Assembly (NCBI GenBank): GCA_902493595.1
Contig: CABUPU010000002.1
Location: forward strand, 73,942 to 137,941
DNA from: an uncultured Mycoplasma sp.
GTDB lineage: Bacteria > Bacillota_I > Bacilli_A > RF39 > UBA660
Length of the DNA: 64,000 nt
Direction of reading: 5' to 3'
The translations under genes were made by a program, and so were the position numbers. The first letter of the stretch is position 1. Each line of letters begins with the position of its first letter. Positions 1 to 10,214 of this stretch are shown here, piece by piece. The notes beneath the pieces were generated by a model. That model was not told the origin of the DNA and did no database searches. It saw only the letters and a program-made list of their open reading frames with translations.

Positions 1-1
1 A

Positions 2-2005
2 GGAGAATTTAATATAACTCCTGGTAATTGTGTAAAAACTGGAAAACAAAGAACTGTAATATGGGATGGTGAAATAAAAATATATGATGAGTATTCGTAT
101 GAAGATAGAAAGTTTATTTTTATAAACAATGATCCCATTGAGATAAAGCCTCTTGAATGGGAATACAATGATATAACAAATAGTCTAATATGTAAACAAA
201 TTATTTGTGATAGTCCTAAAAGTGATTCAATTCTATTTTCTTATATATATATGAATTACTATCTTTTTAGAGAATTATTAGAAAATTACGAAGTAGATGC
301 AACAAATTCTATAAAACTTGTTGATGGAAAAAATGGTACTGTTTTTGCTTATCCTTATGATAATTATATGGAAATAGATGAAAATGGTAATGCAGTATGT
401 CATGATGCAAAGTCATATAATTTGATTATTCCGAAAGGCGTGAAAAAAGTCAAACTAGCGGCCACTAATTCAATTGTTGATGGTGATAATTATGAGTTAA
501 ATTTAAATATCGATATCGATGGAGAGAATTTAAAAATTGGTACAGAGACATTTGATTTTGATTATTTAGATATTGATGCTTCAATTAATAGTTTAACCGT
601 TCGTAATATTACTAAAAGTGTAGAAGATTATTCTTTTAGCTGTAAAAATTTAATAAATAATATCACTATTCCATGTGACTTTACACTTTTCTCTAGACTA
701 TATTTAGGTGGTAATAATAAAACTTCTAAAAATTTGTTTAGGAGTACGAATTTAACTCTTACTTATAAAAATGAAAAAGAATTAATTAATTTCATAAGTG
801 ATGTAAATAGATTTTTAAGTCTTATTATTAAAAGTAACAATAAATGTGCATATACAAATCAATGTGCCGGCTTTGGCTATCATTCTACAAAGGTTGATTT
901 TACATATAAACATAATTTGTATATGTGTAAAGATGTTACTGAGTGTATGCCAAGTGAACGGCTACTAGTAAATAAAGAAATATTATCTATTTTAAAAGTT
1001 AGCTATTTTACTTTAAAAGGCCCGACTATTAGTGATGAATTAATATCAAAATTATTTCCTAATTTTGCAGTAAAAAAGGATTTTACTGATTTAGTTCAAA
1101 AAGAGGATAATACTAAACAAATAAAGGAGTCTAAAGATAAGGAAGAAAAGCCAAAACTTTCAAAAGAAGCAGAACACATACTAGATTTAGCTAGAGAAAT
1201 AATGAGTATTGATTATATAGGCCTTGATAAGGAAGATGTCAGAAATAAAGTAAATGTTATAATTGATGAATATAATACTTCTTATGTAGTCGAAGAGAAT
1301 GGGTTGTCATTATCTACGAATAACGGATTATATACTAATACGATTATTAAATTAGAAAACTTAAGAGATACTTTATATCATAACTTTGAAAAAAATCTTG
1401 AATTTTATGATATCTTAGATTTAATAGAAAGTATGATTAATAAATTAAATGGTGGAGAAGTTAAAATAGATTATGAAATTTTAAAGGACTTAGATACTTT
1501 GACTAAAATAATTAAGTATAGCAAGGATGAACAAACTAAAATAGAACTTATTACTTATTTAGAAAATGAAAAGCAAAATATTATTGATTATTTATGCGGT
1601 AAAAAAGAAATGGATTATAAAAATATAAATGATTTTATTAAAAAATTTAGATTATATTTGATGCCAATACTTACAAAAGTATCTGGTAATGTGTCAAAAA
1701 TTGATGTAATAAAACAAATTAAAAATTATGCTTTAAGTGAAATGAATGATAAAGTAGAAACAAATACAAATAGTTATATAAAAGTTATATTAAGCGAGAT
1801 AAATAAGCTTAAACAAGATATCATTAAGCTTGATGAAAATTATACTTTCGAAGAACTTGATTATTCAGATTTTGCTTCAGGAAAAGAAATAATTGATTAT
1901 TTAGATAATCTATATATAAAATATTATAAAGATTACACTATTTTGCTAAATAAAAAGCAGAAATATGAAGACTATCAAAGTAATATGATTCCTAAAATAT
2001 ATTAA
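2..2005 (+). CDS. paralog-family protein A (5' end outside window): BspA-type LRR-like region plus conserved C-terminal domain
   Basis: The frame of ORF 251..2005 stays open back to position 2. Upstream residues (..IEIKPLEWEYNDITNSLICKQIIC..) align with an internal segment of paralogs B/C/D (e.g. VTPLNWFYDEVSHSLVCKDIIAGF). The IPCDFTLFSRLYLGGN block and the C-terminal ~290 aa (LSKEAEHILDLAREIMSIDYIGLDKE...) are ~80% identical to B/C/D. Confidence 0.75.
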   Translation, partial: GEFNITPGNCVKTGKQRTVIWDGEIKIYDEYSYEDRKFIFINNDPIEIKPLEWEYNDITNSLICKQIICDSPKSDSILFSYIYMNYYLFRELLENYEVDATNSIKLVDGKNGTVFAYPYDNYMEIDENGNAVCHDAKSYNLIIPKGVKKVKLAATNSIVDGDNYELNLNIDIDGENLKIGTETFDFDYLDIDASINSLTVRNITKSVEDYSFSCKNLINNITIPCDFTLFSRLYLGGNNKTSKNLFRSTNLTLTYKNEKELINFISDVNRFLSLIIKSNNKCAYTNQCAGFGYHSTKVDFTYKHNLYMCKDVTECMPSERLLVNKEILSILKVSYFTLKGPTISDELISKLFPNFAVKKDFTDLVQKEDNTKQIKESKDKEEKPKLSKEAEHILDLAREIMSIDYIGLDKEDVRNKVNVIIDEYNTSYVVEENGLSLSTNNGLYTNTIIKLENLRDTLYHNFEKNLEFYDILDLIESMINKLNGGEVKIDYEILKDLDTLTKIIKYSKDEQTKIELITYLENEKQNIIDYLCGKKEMDYKNINDFIKKFRLYLMPILTKVSGNVSKIDVIKQIKNYALSEMNDKVETNTNSYIKVILSEINKLKQDIIKLDENYTFEELDYSDFASGKEIIDYLDNLYIKYYKDYTILLNKKQKYEDYQSNMIPKIY

Positions 2006-2008
2006 GTG

Positions 2009-2042
2009 GTTACTTGCAAAGTAACTGCTTTTTTTATATAAT
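2009..2042 (+). promoter_or_regulatory. terminator hairpin fused to a sigma70-like promoter (copy 1 of 3 of a repeated cassette)
   Basis: gttactt-gca-aagtaac stem-loop followed by T7. TTGCAA (inside the hairpin) - 17 nt - TATAAT, then AAAGGA RBS and the ATG at 2066. Confidence 0.55.
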
Positions 2043-2065
2043 TGTTATAGTAAAGGAAAATAGAT

Positions 2066-4474
2066 ATGAATAAAGTATACATGACTTTTTTAACAGAAAT
2101 GTCATCCTTATCAGAACACAAAAATAGGACGACAACTTTATATGAACCTTTTAATGTAAGCGAAAATGGAACAATGCAAACTGATTTAACAGAGTTTTTA
2201 TATGGTAAAAGAAATGATTATTTTGTATCATATGAACCAGTTAATGATATATGTAGTAAAAAGAAATTAAAAAATAGTTTAGGAATAAACGAGCGCCAGT
2301 TCAAAGGCGATAAAGAAGTATATTATGGTATTAGACCAGTTATTAAAACAACTGGCTCACTTGAAACTTTCATAAGAAAAAATAGTATTAAAGATTTAGG
2401 CAATGATGAATATATGCTTGGCTATTATCCACAAGAGGTTGTTACTGATAAAAATTTAATTCAAGAATTAAGAGTATTTTCTGATTATAATGAAAAAGAT
2501 TATTCTATTCCTAAATATTCTTTTATAGTGCCATGTAAGGGAGTTACATATAAAGGCGAAGATTATATTTATATAAGTGGAAAGAATACTACTTATGTAA
2601 AGGTACAACCGTTAATATGGAAGTATGATAAAGAAAGTAATAGCCTAATTTGTAAAAATATTATCGCGGGTTTTTTAACCAAAACCAAGCCAAAGGCGTT
2701 TTTACATGAGGGATTTGACTTTTTAAATGAATATTTGTTAAGGGATATTTTCAAAGGTAGTATTAAAAGTTTAACCGATAATGTGAAAGTTTGTAATGAA
2801 ATTATACATGATGACTTGCAACGATTTTATCTTCCTTATGAAGGAACTATTGAAATGGATGAGGAAGGAAAATTATATTCACATGATGAAAAAACATATG
2901 AAATTAATATAGGCCCAAAAGTAAAAGTTATATCTAGTAATGCTGTAGAAAATTTATTTGATAATTGCCATAAAGATGGAACATTTGGTGTTGACATTAA
3001 TATTAAAAGCGATGATCTTACTATTTTATCACAAGCATTTGATTTTTCTAAGTCAGGTATTGATGTTTTCATTAGTCATGTAAATATAGATGCAAAAAAA
3101 CTTTCTTTAGCAGAAAAGGTATTTTCAAATGCAAACATGCAAGTAGTTCCAAGATGTGATGAGATATCTATTCCGTGTGATATTAAACTATTTGCAAGAC
3201 TTTATTTGAGTGGAAATAAAGTTGCTAGGAATTTACTTGATAGATCCTTTTTAAAAATTAATTATACATCAGAAAAAGAACTTGTTTCATTTTTAAATGA
3301 TGTTCAAAGATTTGTTAATTTGTTTTCCAAATATGGAGAAAAGTATACTAAAAATGAATATAATCCAAAAAAACGAGGAAATAATAAAATTGATTTTGTT
3401 TATAAACATGATTTATATGAATTTTCCCATTTTGATCTTGTTACATATAATTGTAAAAGTGAAAATTTATTTTACAAACTTAACACTTATGAAATTGTGC
3501 TTTCTGGCCCAAAAATTAATGAAAAACGCGTGTCATCATTTTTCAAAGATTACGCAAGAGTTAAATTTGAGTTCACTGATAAAAAAGCTAGGGAAGAATC
3601 TGCTGATATTAGTAATGATGAATCTCTTACTAAAGAAGCAGAACACATACTAGATTTAGCTAGAGAAATAATGAGTATTGATTATATAGGCCTTGATAAG
3701 GAAAATGTTAAAACAAAAGTCAAAAATATTGTAGGTGAATATAATAATAGTTTGTCGAAGAAAACTGAAGGACTTTCATTAACTACGAATAATGGAGTTT
3801 ATACAAATGCAGTTATTAAGTTAGAAAATTTAAGGGATTCACTGTATTATAACTTTGAAAAAAACCTGGATTATTATGATATTTTAGACTTAATAAAAAA
3901 CATGATTAAAAAACTAAATGATGAAAAGGTTAATTTAGATTATGAAATTTTGAAAGATTTAGATACGCTTAATAAAATTCTTGATTATAATAATGATAAT
4001 AATACGCGAAAAGAACTTATTACTTATTTAGAAAATGAAAGTAAAAGAATAATTGACTATTTATCTGGAAAGGCAGAAATTGATTATAAAAATATAGATG
4101 AATTTGTTAAAAAGTTTAGATTATTTTTAGTACCAATACTTGCAAGAGTAAGTGGTGATGTATCAAAAATTGATGTGATGGAGCAAATAAAAGATTATGC
4201 TATTGAGAAAATGAACAATAAAACTTCGGAAAATACAAATAATTATATAAAGATTATCTTAAGTGAAATAGATATAACGAAGCATCTTATTTTAGAACTT
4301 GATAGTAATTATACATTCGAAGAACTAGATTATTCATCATTTAAAACAGGTAAAGAAATAATTGATTATTTAGATAAAAAATATATGGAGTACTACAAAA
4401 TATATTTAAATCTTATGGAAAATAAGGTTAATGAAGAAAATTATGAAAATAGTAAAGTTCATTTAAATATTTAA
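2066..4474 (+). CDS. paralog-family protein B (802 aa): LRR-like N-terminal/middle region plus conserved C-terminal domain
   Basis: Full ORF with an SD-like AAAGGAAAA upstream. It shares the MxxVYMTF N-terminus, IPCDxxLFxRLYLxGN and the C-terminal 290 aa with C and D. IPxxVxxIxxxAF-type spacing is suggestive of BspA-type LRR (LRR_5). Confidence 0.8.
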   Translation: MNKVYMTFLTEMSSLSEHKNRTTTLYEPFNVSENGTMQTDLTEFLYGKRNDYFVSYEPVNDICSKKKLKNSLGINERQFKGDKEVYYGIRPVIKTTGSLETFIRKNSIKDLGNDEYMLGYYPQEVVTDKNLIQELRVFSDYNEKDYSIPKYSFIVPCKGVTYKGEDYIYISGKNTTYVKVQPLIWKYDKESNSLICKNIIAGFLTKTKPKAFLHEGFDFLNEYLLRDIFKGSIKSLTDNVKVCNEIIHDDLQRFYLPYEGTIEMDEEGKLYSHDEKTYEINIGPKVKVISSNAVENLFDNCHKDGTFGVDINIKSDDLTILSQAFDFSKSGIDVFISHVNIDAKKLSLAEKVFSNANMQVVPRCDEISIPCDIKLFARLYLSGNKVARNLLDRSFLKINYTSEKELVSFLNDVQRFVNLFSKYGEKYTKNEYNPKKRGNNKIDFVYKHDLYEFSHFDLVTYNCKSENLFYKLNTYEIVLSGPKINEKRVSSFFKDYARVKFEFTDKKAREESADISNDESLTKEAEHILDLAREIMSIDYIGLDKENVKTKVKNIVGEYNNSLSKKTEGLSLTTNNGVYTNAVIKLENLRDSLYYNFEKNLDYYDILDLIKNMIKKLNDEKVNLDYEILKDLDTLNKILDYNNDNNTRKELITYLENESKRIIDYLSGKAEIDYKNIDEFVKKFRLFLVPILARVSGDVSKIDVMEQIKDYAIEKMNNKTSENTNNYIKIILSEIDITKHLILELDSNYTFEELDYSSFKTGKEIIDYLDKKYMEYYKIYLNLMENKVNEENYENSKVHLNI

Positions 4475-4477
4475 GTG

Positions 4478-4511
4478 GTTGCTTGCAAAGTAACTACTTT
4501 TTTTATATAAT
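4478..4511 (+). promoter_or_regulatory. terminator hairpin + TTGCAA-N17-TATAAT promoter cassette (copy 2)
   Basis: gttgctt-gca-aagtaac stem (one G.U pair), then a T7 run and TATAAT at 4506-4511. The cassette is near-identical to copies 1 and 3. Confidence 0.55.
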
Positions 4512-4534
4512 TGTTATAGTAAAGGGTGTAAGAT

Positions 4535-6850
4535 ATGGATAGAGTATATATGACATTTTTAAGCAAAATAGATGTGGAGACTCCTTCGATGTTAAATATT
4601 TTAAGAAAAAAGGGACTTATTGCAACTCCAACTGATTTTGTTAAGTATTTATATGGTAATTATTCATATTTAATTGCTAGTGAGCCTTTATATAAAAAAC
4701 AATTTTTAACTACTTTTGATAAATCGTATCCAGATGGTATTAAAAACTATTTTGGAATAAGACCACTTATTGATACAAATAATATGCAAAGTTTCATAGA
4801 AAAAAATGCTATCTCTATTAATGGTAATGAAATTAAATTAGGTAGTTATCCAACAAGTGTAATTAAAGATGAAGCATTAATTCAAAAATTAAGTAATGCA
4901 TATAAAGAAAATAAGTTTAATGATAAAAAGTATCATATACCAATAGGAGATGAAATAATAGAGTGTAATTCAATTACTTTAGATGGCGAAGATTATGTTT
5001 ATATTAAAGAAAATGGTTTATATGTTAAAGTAACGCCACTTAATTGGTTTTATGATGAAGTATCGCACAGTTTAGTTTGCAAAGACATTATTGCAGGTTT
5101 TTCGATAAAACTTTCTGATAGAGCTTTTGAAAAATATGGTTACAACTTTTTAAATGAATATTTATTAAGGGATGTACTTCAAGATAAAATAACTAGATTA
5201 ACAGAACCAGTAGATTTAGTTAACCAAAAGTATTTAGATGAACTGCAGCAAATTGATTTCCCCTTTAAATCTGACTTTGAGGTAAGTAATGAAGGAAAAC
5301 TTTATTTTCACGATGAGAGGGAATATAATATTAACATCGATGACGAAAGCGTGAGAAAAATCGGTGAGTTTGCTCTTGAAAATTTAGATGCTTATGTTCA
5401 TAGAACTAATCCTGTGTTTAATATTAATATAAAAGGTAAAAAGAAAATCGTTGGCCTTCAGGCTTTTGATTTTTCCTCTTTAGGTTTAAATGCTAAAGTT
5501 AAAAGCCTTAATATTGATGTAGATGAACTTCGTGTAGCGGATCCGTTTATATGTGTTAATAGTCAAATTGAAAATGTATCAATGCATTGCGACTTTACTC
5601 TTTTTACAAGACTTTATTTTTGTGGCAAATATTTGGCTCGTAACTATTTAAAAGGTTCTAATTTAACTATTAAATACAAAAATGAAAAAGAACTTATAAT
5701 CTTTTTTAAAGATGTGCAAAGGTTTATTAATTTGCTAGCTAAATCAGATGAGAGAAATAAAATTGACTTTACTTATAAACATTCATTTTATGAGTGCCAT
5801 TCTCTTGCAGAATATAACTACAATTTTAATGCACAAACATTATTTTCTAAAATTGGTTTAGGTAGCATTAAGTTAGTTGGCCCTAGTATAAACAAAGATA
5901 GAATTGCAAATATTTTAGGAGAAATCCCTAATATTAAATATATTTTTACCGATACTCTTGAAGAAGAGACTAAAGAAAAAGATAAAGAGGAAAAACCAAA
6001 ACTTTCAAAAGAAGCTGAACATATACTTGATCTTTCTAGAGAAATATTAAGTATTGAATATATAGGACTTGATAAGGATAGTGTTAAAACAAAAGTCAAA
6101 GATATTGTTGATGAATATAATAATGGTTTATCAAAGAAAAATGAGGGGCTTTCACTAACAACAAATAATGGAGTATACACAGATGCAGTTATTAAGTTAG
6201 AAAAGTTAAGAGATACACTATACCATAATTTTGAAAAAAATCTTAATTATTATGATATTTTAGATTTAATAGAAAACATGATTAAAATGCTAAATAATGA
6301 TGAAGTTAATATAGATTATGAAATTTTAAAAGACTTAGAAACTTTAAATACTATTTTAAAATACAGTAAAGATGAACAAACTAAAGAAGAAATTATTACT
6401 TATTTAGAAAATGAAAGACAATTCATTACTGATTATTTATCTGGTAAGGCAGAAATTGAATATAAAAATGTAGATGAATTTGTTAAAAAGTTTAGATTAT
6501 TTTTAGTACCAATACTTACAAAAGTATCTGGTGATGTTTCAAAAATAGATGTAATGAGGCAAATAAAAGATTATGCTTTTAATGAAATGAATGATAAAAC
6601 TACAGAAAATACAAATAATTACATAAAGCTAATATTAAGTGAAATAGATAAAATTAAGAAAAACATTTTAGAACTTGATAGTGAATATGCATTCGAAGAC
6701 TTTGATTATTCATCATTTAAAACAGGAAAAGAAATACTTGATTATTTAGATAAAAAATATATGGAATATTATAGAGTATATTTAGATCTTATGAAAAATA
6801 AAGCTAACGAAGAAAACTATGAGAATAGTAAAGTGCCTTTAAATTTCTAA
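4535..6850 (+). CDS. paralog-family protein C (771 aa)
   Basis: Full ORF with RBS AAAGGGTG. Its C-terminal domain is ~80% identical to B and D, and it shares the N-terminal motif MDRVYMTFL. Confidence 0.8.
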   Translation: MDRVYMTFLSKIDVETPSMLNILRKKGLIATPTDFVKYLYGNYSYLIASEPLYKKQFLTTFDKSYPDGIKNYFGIRPLIDTNNMQSFIEKNAISINGNEIKLGSYPTSVIKDEALIQKLSNAYKENKFNDKKYHIPIGDEIIECNSITLDGEDYVYIKENGLYVKVTPLNWFYDEVSHSLVCKDIIAGFSIKLSDRAFEKYGYNFLNEYLLRDVLQDKITRLTEPVDLVNQKYLDELQQIDFPFKSDFEVSNEGKLYFHDEREYNINIDDESVRKIGEFALENLDAYVHRTNPVFNINIKGKKKIVGLQAFDFSSLGLNAKVKSLNIDVDELRVADPFICVNSQIENVSMHCDFTLFTRLYFCGKYLARNYLKGSNLTIKYKNEKELIIFFKDVQRFINLLAKSDERNKIDFTYKHSFYECHSLAEYNYNFNAQTLFSKIGLGSIKLVGPSINKDRIANILGEIPNIKYIFTDTLEEETKEKDKEEKPKLSKEAEHILDLSREILSIEYIGLDKDSVKTKVKDIVDEYNNGLSKKNEGLSLTTNNGVYTDAVIKLEKLRDTLYHNFEKNLNYYDILDLIENMIKMLNNDEVNIDYEILKDLETLNTILKYSKDEQTKEEIITYLENERQFITDYLSGKAEIEYKNVDEFVKKFRLFLVPILTKVSGDVSKIDVMRQIKDYAFNEMNDKTTENTNNYIKLILSEIDKIKKNILELDSEYAFEDFDYSSFKTGKEILDYLDKKYMEYYRVYLDLMKNKANEENYENSKVPLNF

Positions 6851-6853
6851 GTG

Positions 6854-6887
6854 GTTACTTGCAAAGTAACTGCTTTTTTTATATAAT
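6854..6887 (+). promoter_or_regulatory. terminator hairpin + TTGCAA-N17-TATAAT promoter cassette (copy 3)
   Basis: gttactt/aagtaac stem, T7 run, TTGCAA at 6859-6864 and TATAAT at 6882-6887. Identical to copy 1. Confidence 0.55.
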
Positions 6888-6910
6888 TGTTATAGTAAAG
6901 GGTGTAAGCT

Positions 6911-9202
6911 ATGAATAGAATATATATGACATTTCCTACTGAAGATGAAGTTAAATTTTTTCCTTGGTTAAAAGATGCAAATTCTTCTGCATTAGTGAGA
7001 GAATTGTTAAAAGATTTATACTATGAATCAGAAACTTTAATTGTGAATAAAAATGATACTTTAAATATTAAGAATAAACGCTTAGGCATTATAGTAAGAC
7101 CGGTTATTAATTCAAATGAATCTCTTGTTCCTTTTATTGAAAAAAATAGAATTAACAAGGGAGGTTATGATAGCATTTTACTTGGAACTTTTCCATTAAA
7201 AGTAGCAAATAATATAGACAGGGGTACGCTTACAGAAACAAATAAAAAAAGAACCATTCCGATTAATTATTCTATGGTAACTTTAAATGAATATACGGAT
7301 GGCAATCGAAATTTTGTTATTGTGGGTGATGATATTATTGAAATATTGCCTATTGAATGGGAATATGATGAAAGCATAAATAAATTATTTTGCAAAACTA
7401 GTATTTTTAAATGTAATACTAGTAAGACAAATGATTTATTGATGGCTTATAATTATATGAATAATCAACTTTTTATGGAAATGCTAGATGATTATACCGT
7501 TATAAAGGATAATTCTGATATAAAATTAATTGATGACAAAGGATACATATCATTTGATTATCCATATAGTTCCTTTATAGAGTTTGATGATTTAGGTAAT
7601 ATAATATTTCATGGTAATGAATATAATCTAACTATACCAAATACTGTAAGAAAAATAGATGAATATGCCTTTGATAAAATTCTTGGAAATGATAGTTCAA
7701 AATTATCTTTAAATATAGATATTGATGGTGATGATTTATCAATACCACCATATGCTTTTAATTTAAATACTATTCGTGCTAATGTACATATTGTGTATTT
7801 AAATGTTCATAACGAGTTAAGTGCAATCGGACAAGCCTCATTTAATACTAATTTTCCTATTGATAATATTACAATTTTGTGCGATTTTGCTCTTTTCTCT
7901 AGACTTTATTTAAGTGGTGATAATTTTGCAAAAAATCTTTTTGAAAATTCAAAATTTACTTTAACTTATACAAGCGAAAATGAATTAGTGAAATTTGTAA
8001 GTGATATAAATAGATTTTTTGAATTAATATATAAAAGTTTGCAAAAAGAAAAAAACAAACGATTTTATTCCAATGATGTAACCTCTATTGATTTTAGTTA
8101 CAAATTTAATACATATAAATATATAGATGCTTCAACTTGTATACCAAATATTGAACTTCTAAAAAACAAAGAAATTTTATCTATTTTAAAAGTAAGCTCT
8201 TTTACTTTAAAAGGTCCGACTATTAGTGATGAATTAATATCAAAATTATTTCCTAATTTTTCAGTAAAAAAGGAATTTACTGATTTAGTTCAAAAAGAAA
8301 AAACTGCAACTAAACAAATTGATGAACCAAAAAATAAAGAAGAAAAGGCAAAACTTTCTAAAGAAGTAGAGCACATACTGGATCTTGCTAGAGAAATAAT
8401 AAGCATCGAATACATAGGTCTTGATAAAGAAACAGTTCGTAAAAAAGTTGATGAAATTGTTATTGAATATAATAATGGATTATCTAAAAAAAGTGGGGGA
8501 TTATCATTAACAACAAATAATGGAGTGTATACAAATACTATTATTAAATTGGAAAACCTAAGAGATGCATTATATCATAATTTTGAAAAAAATCTTGGGT
8601 TTTATGATATTCTAGATTTAATTTCTAGTATGATTAAAAAACTAAATGATGAAGAGGTTAAAATAGATTATGAAATCTTAAAGGACTTAGATACTCTGAC
8701 TAAAATACTTAAGTATAGTAAAGATGAACAAACTAAAAATGAACTTATTTCCTATTTAGAAAATGAAAGCAAAAGAATAGTTGATTATTTATCTGGTAAG
8801 ATAGAAATTGATTATAAAAATATAGATGAATTTGTGAAAAAATTTAGATTATTCTTAGTACCAATACTTACAAGAGTATCTGGTAATGTATCAAAAGTAG
8901 ATGTAATGGAGCAAATAAAGGATTATGCTTTAGATGCAATGAATGATAAAACTACAGAAAATACAAATAATTACATAAAGCTAATATTAAGTGAAATAGA
9001 TAAAATTAAGAAAAACATTTTAGAACTTGATAGTGAATATGCATTCGAAGACTTTGATTATTCATCATTTAAAACAGGAAAAGAAATACTTGATTATTTA
9101 GATAAAAAATATATGGAATATTATAGAGTATATTTAGATCTTGTGGAAAATAAAGTTAATGAGGAAAACTATGAGAATAGTAAAGTACCTTTAATTTATT
9201 AA
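6911..9202 (+). CDS. paralog-family protein D (763 aa)
   Basis: Full ORF. The N-terminus MNRIYMTFP, the IPNTVRKIDEYAF LRR-like units and the conserved C-terminal domain are present. A 205-nt tract is identical to gene C. Confidence 0.8.
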   Translation: MNRIYMTFPTEDEVKFFPWLKDANSSALVRELLKDLYYESETLIVNKNDTLNIKNKRLGIIVRPVINSNESLVPFIEKNRINKGGYDSILLGTFPLKVANNIDRGTLTETNKKRTIPINYSMVTLNEYTDGNRNFVIVGDDIIEILPIEWEYDESINKLFCKTSIFKCNTSKTNDLLMAYNYMNNQLFMEMLDDYTVIKDNSDIKLIDDKGYISFDYPYSSFIEFDDLGNIIFHGNEYNLTIPNTVRKIDEYAFDKILGNDSSKLSLNIDIDGDDLSIPPYAFNLNTIRANVHIVYLNVHNELSAIGQASFNTNFPIDNITILCDFALFSRLYLSGDNFAKNLFENSKFTLTYTSENELVKFVSDINRFFELIYKSLQKEKNKRFYSNDVTSIDFSYKFNTYKYIDASTCIPNIELLKNKEILSILKVSSFTLKGPTISDELISKLFPNFSVKKEFTDLVQKEKTATKQIDEPKNKEEKAKLSKEVEHILDLAREIISIEYIGLDKETVRKKVDEIVIEYNNGLSKKSGGLSLTTNNGVYTNTIIKLENLRDALYHNFEKNLGFYDILDLISSMIKKLNDEEVKIDYEILKDLDTLTKILKYSKDEQTKNELISYLENESKRIVDYLSGKIEIDYKNIDEFVKKFRLFLVPILTRVSGNVSKVDVMEQIKDYALDAMNDKTTENTNNYIKLILSEIDKIKKNILELDSEYAFEDFDYSSFKTGKEILDYLDKKYMEYYRVYLDLVENKVNEENYENSKVPLIY

Positions 9203-9211
9203 ACTTCATAT

Positions 9212-9243
9212 AAAAAGTAGGATTAATAAAAATCCTATTTTTT
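9212..9243. terminator. bidirectional rho-independent terminator between the convergent gene D and the membrane-protein gene
   Basis: taggatt-aataa-aatccta hairpin flanked by an A5 run upstream and a T6 run downstream. Confidence 0.6.
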
Positions 9244-10059
9244 GTAAATAATACTGATTAATTTATTGAGTTCTTCTTTAGCTTCAACTGATAAACTACT
9301 GCTTTCATTTAAAATAATAGCATAAAGTATATATTCATTCCAAAGAGATATTTCTTTTAAAGACTTATCATTGAAATTGCCAAAATCTTTAAGATAATTT
9401 TTTAATCCTTTGAGTTTTAAATATATTTCTTTGCCTTTTTCAGTCTTTACTAGGCTTGCCTCTTTTAAAGAAAATCTTATCATTATAAAACTAATAATCC
9501 AAAATAATATAAATAGTATAATTTCTTGCTTTAAATAATTACTGTGTATTGTAATAAAATAAAAACAAATACCTCCGAATATAATGAAAGCTAAAAAATA
9601 AATCATTGTTGTAAAAGGATTATCTTTAAAGTAATATTTTTTTATACAGTTCTTTTGTTTTAGAGAATTTTCAATTTCTTTTATATAGTATTTATCAAAT
9701 TCCTTATCATTTATAAATTTATAATGATTTAAAATGTAAGATTGTTCTTGATTAACAGAAACATTATTAATTACATTTATTTCATCTTTTGCAAAAGATA
9801 TATATTTTTTGTTTTTTAAGTATTCAAGTTCTGCCATTTTTATTTGAGTAATATTTCTTTTGTTAAACAAATAACCAAGTTCACTAATTGAATAATCTTT
9901 TAAAATGTCCCTAAAATATTTGAATTTGTTTTCATCATTTTTATCAATCTTAATGCTTTTATAAAATAGTAGGTTTCTTTTTAAAACACTAATTATAAAA
10001 CACATTATGTAAATAATTAAAACTATAATTTGAATTTTTAATAATAAAATTTGACTCAC
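9235..10059 (-). CDS. hypothetical integral membrane protein (274 aa, GTG start)
   Basis: ORF with RBS GAAGGAAG 9 nt upstream of the GTG. It has an N-terminal TM helix and two central TM helices. The C-terminal region is loosely reminiscent of DUF2207-type proteins, but this is not verified. Confidence 0.5.
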   Translation of the reverse strand: MSQILLLKIQIIVLIIYIMCFIISVLKRNLLFYKSIKIDKNDENKFKYFRDILKDYSISELGYLFNKRNITQIKMAELEYLKNKKYISFAKDEINVINNVSVNQEQSYILNHYKFINDKEFDKYYIKEIENSLKQKNCIKKYYFKDNPFTTMIYFLAFIIFGGICFYFITIHSNYLKQEIILFILFWIISFIMIRFSLKEASLVKTEKGKEIYLKLKGLKNYLKDFGNFNDKSLKEISLWNEYILYAIILNESSSLSVEAKEELNKLISIIYKK

Positions 10060-10214
10060 AATAGCACACTTCCTTCTAAGAATATAATACCAGTAACAGA
10101 ATTATTTTTAAAGATTATTAAATATATTTACAATTAAAATATGTAAAGTTGAATTTTTTTATAGATTAATTTATAATTATCCTATATTATTTAATTGCTA
10201 AAGGAGAATTTATT

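Noticed and set aside
2836-6180. Internal or antisense ORFs within the paralog genes (2836..3072, 3297..3653, 5818..6180)
   Set aside because: They overlap well-supported long ORFs, lack RBSs and have skewed composition.
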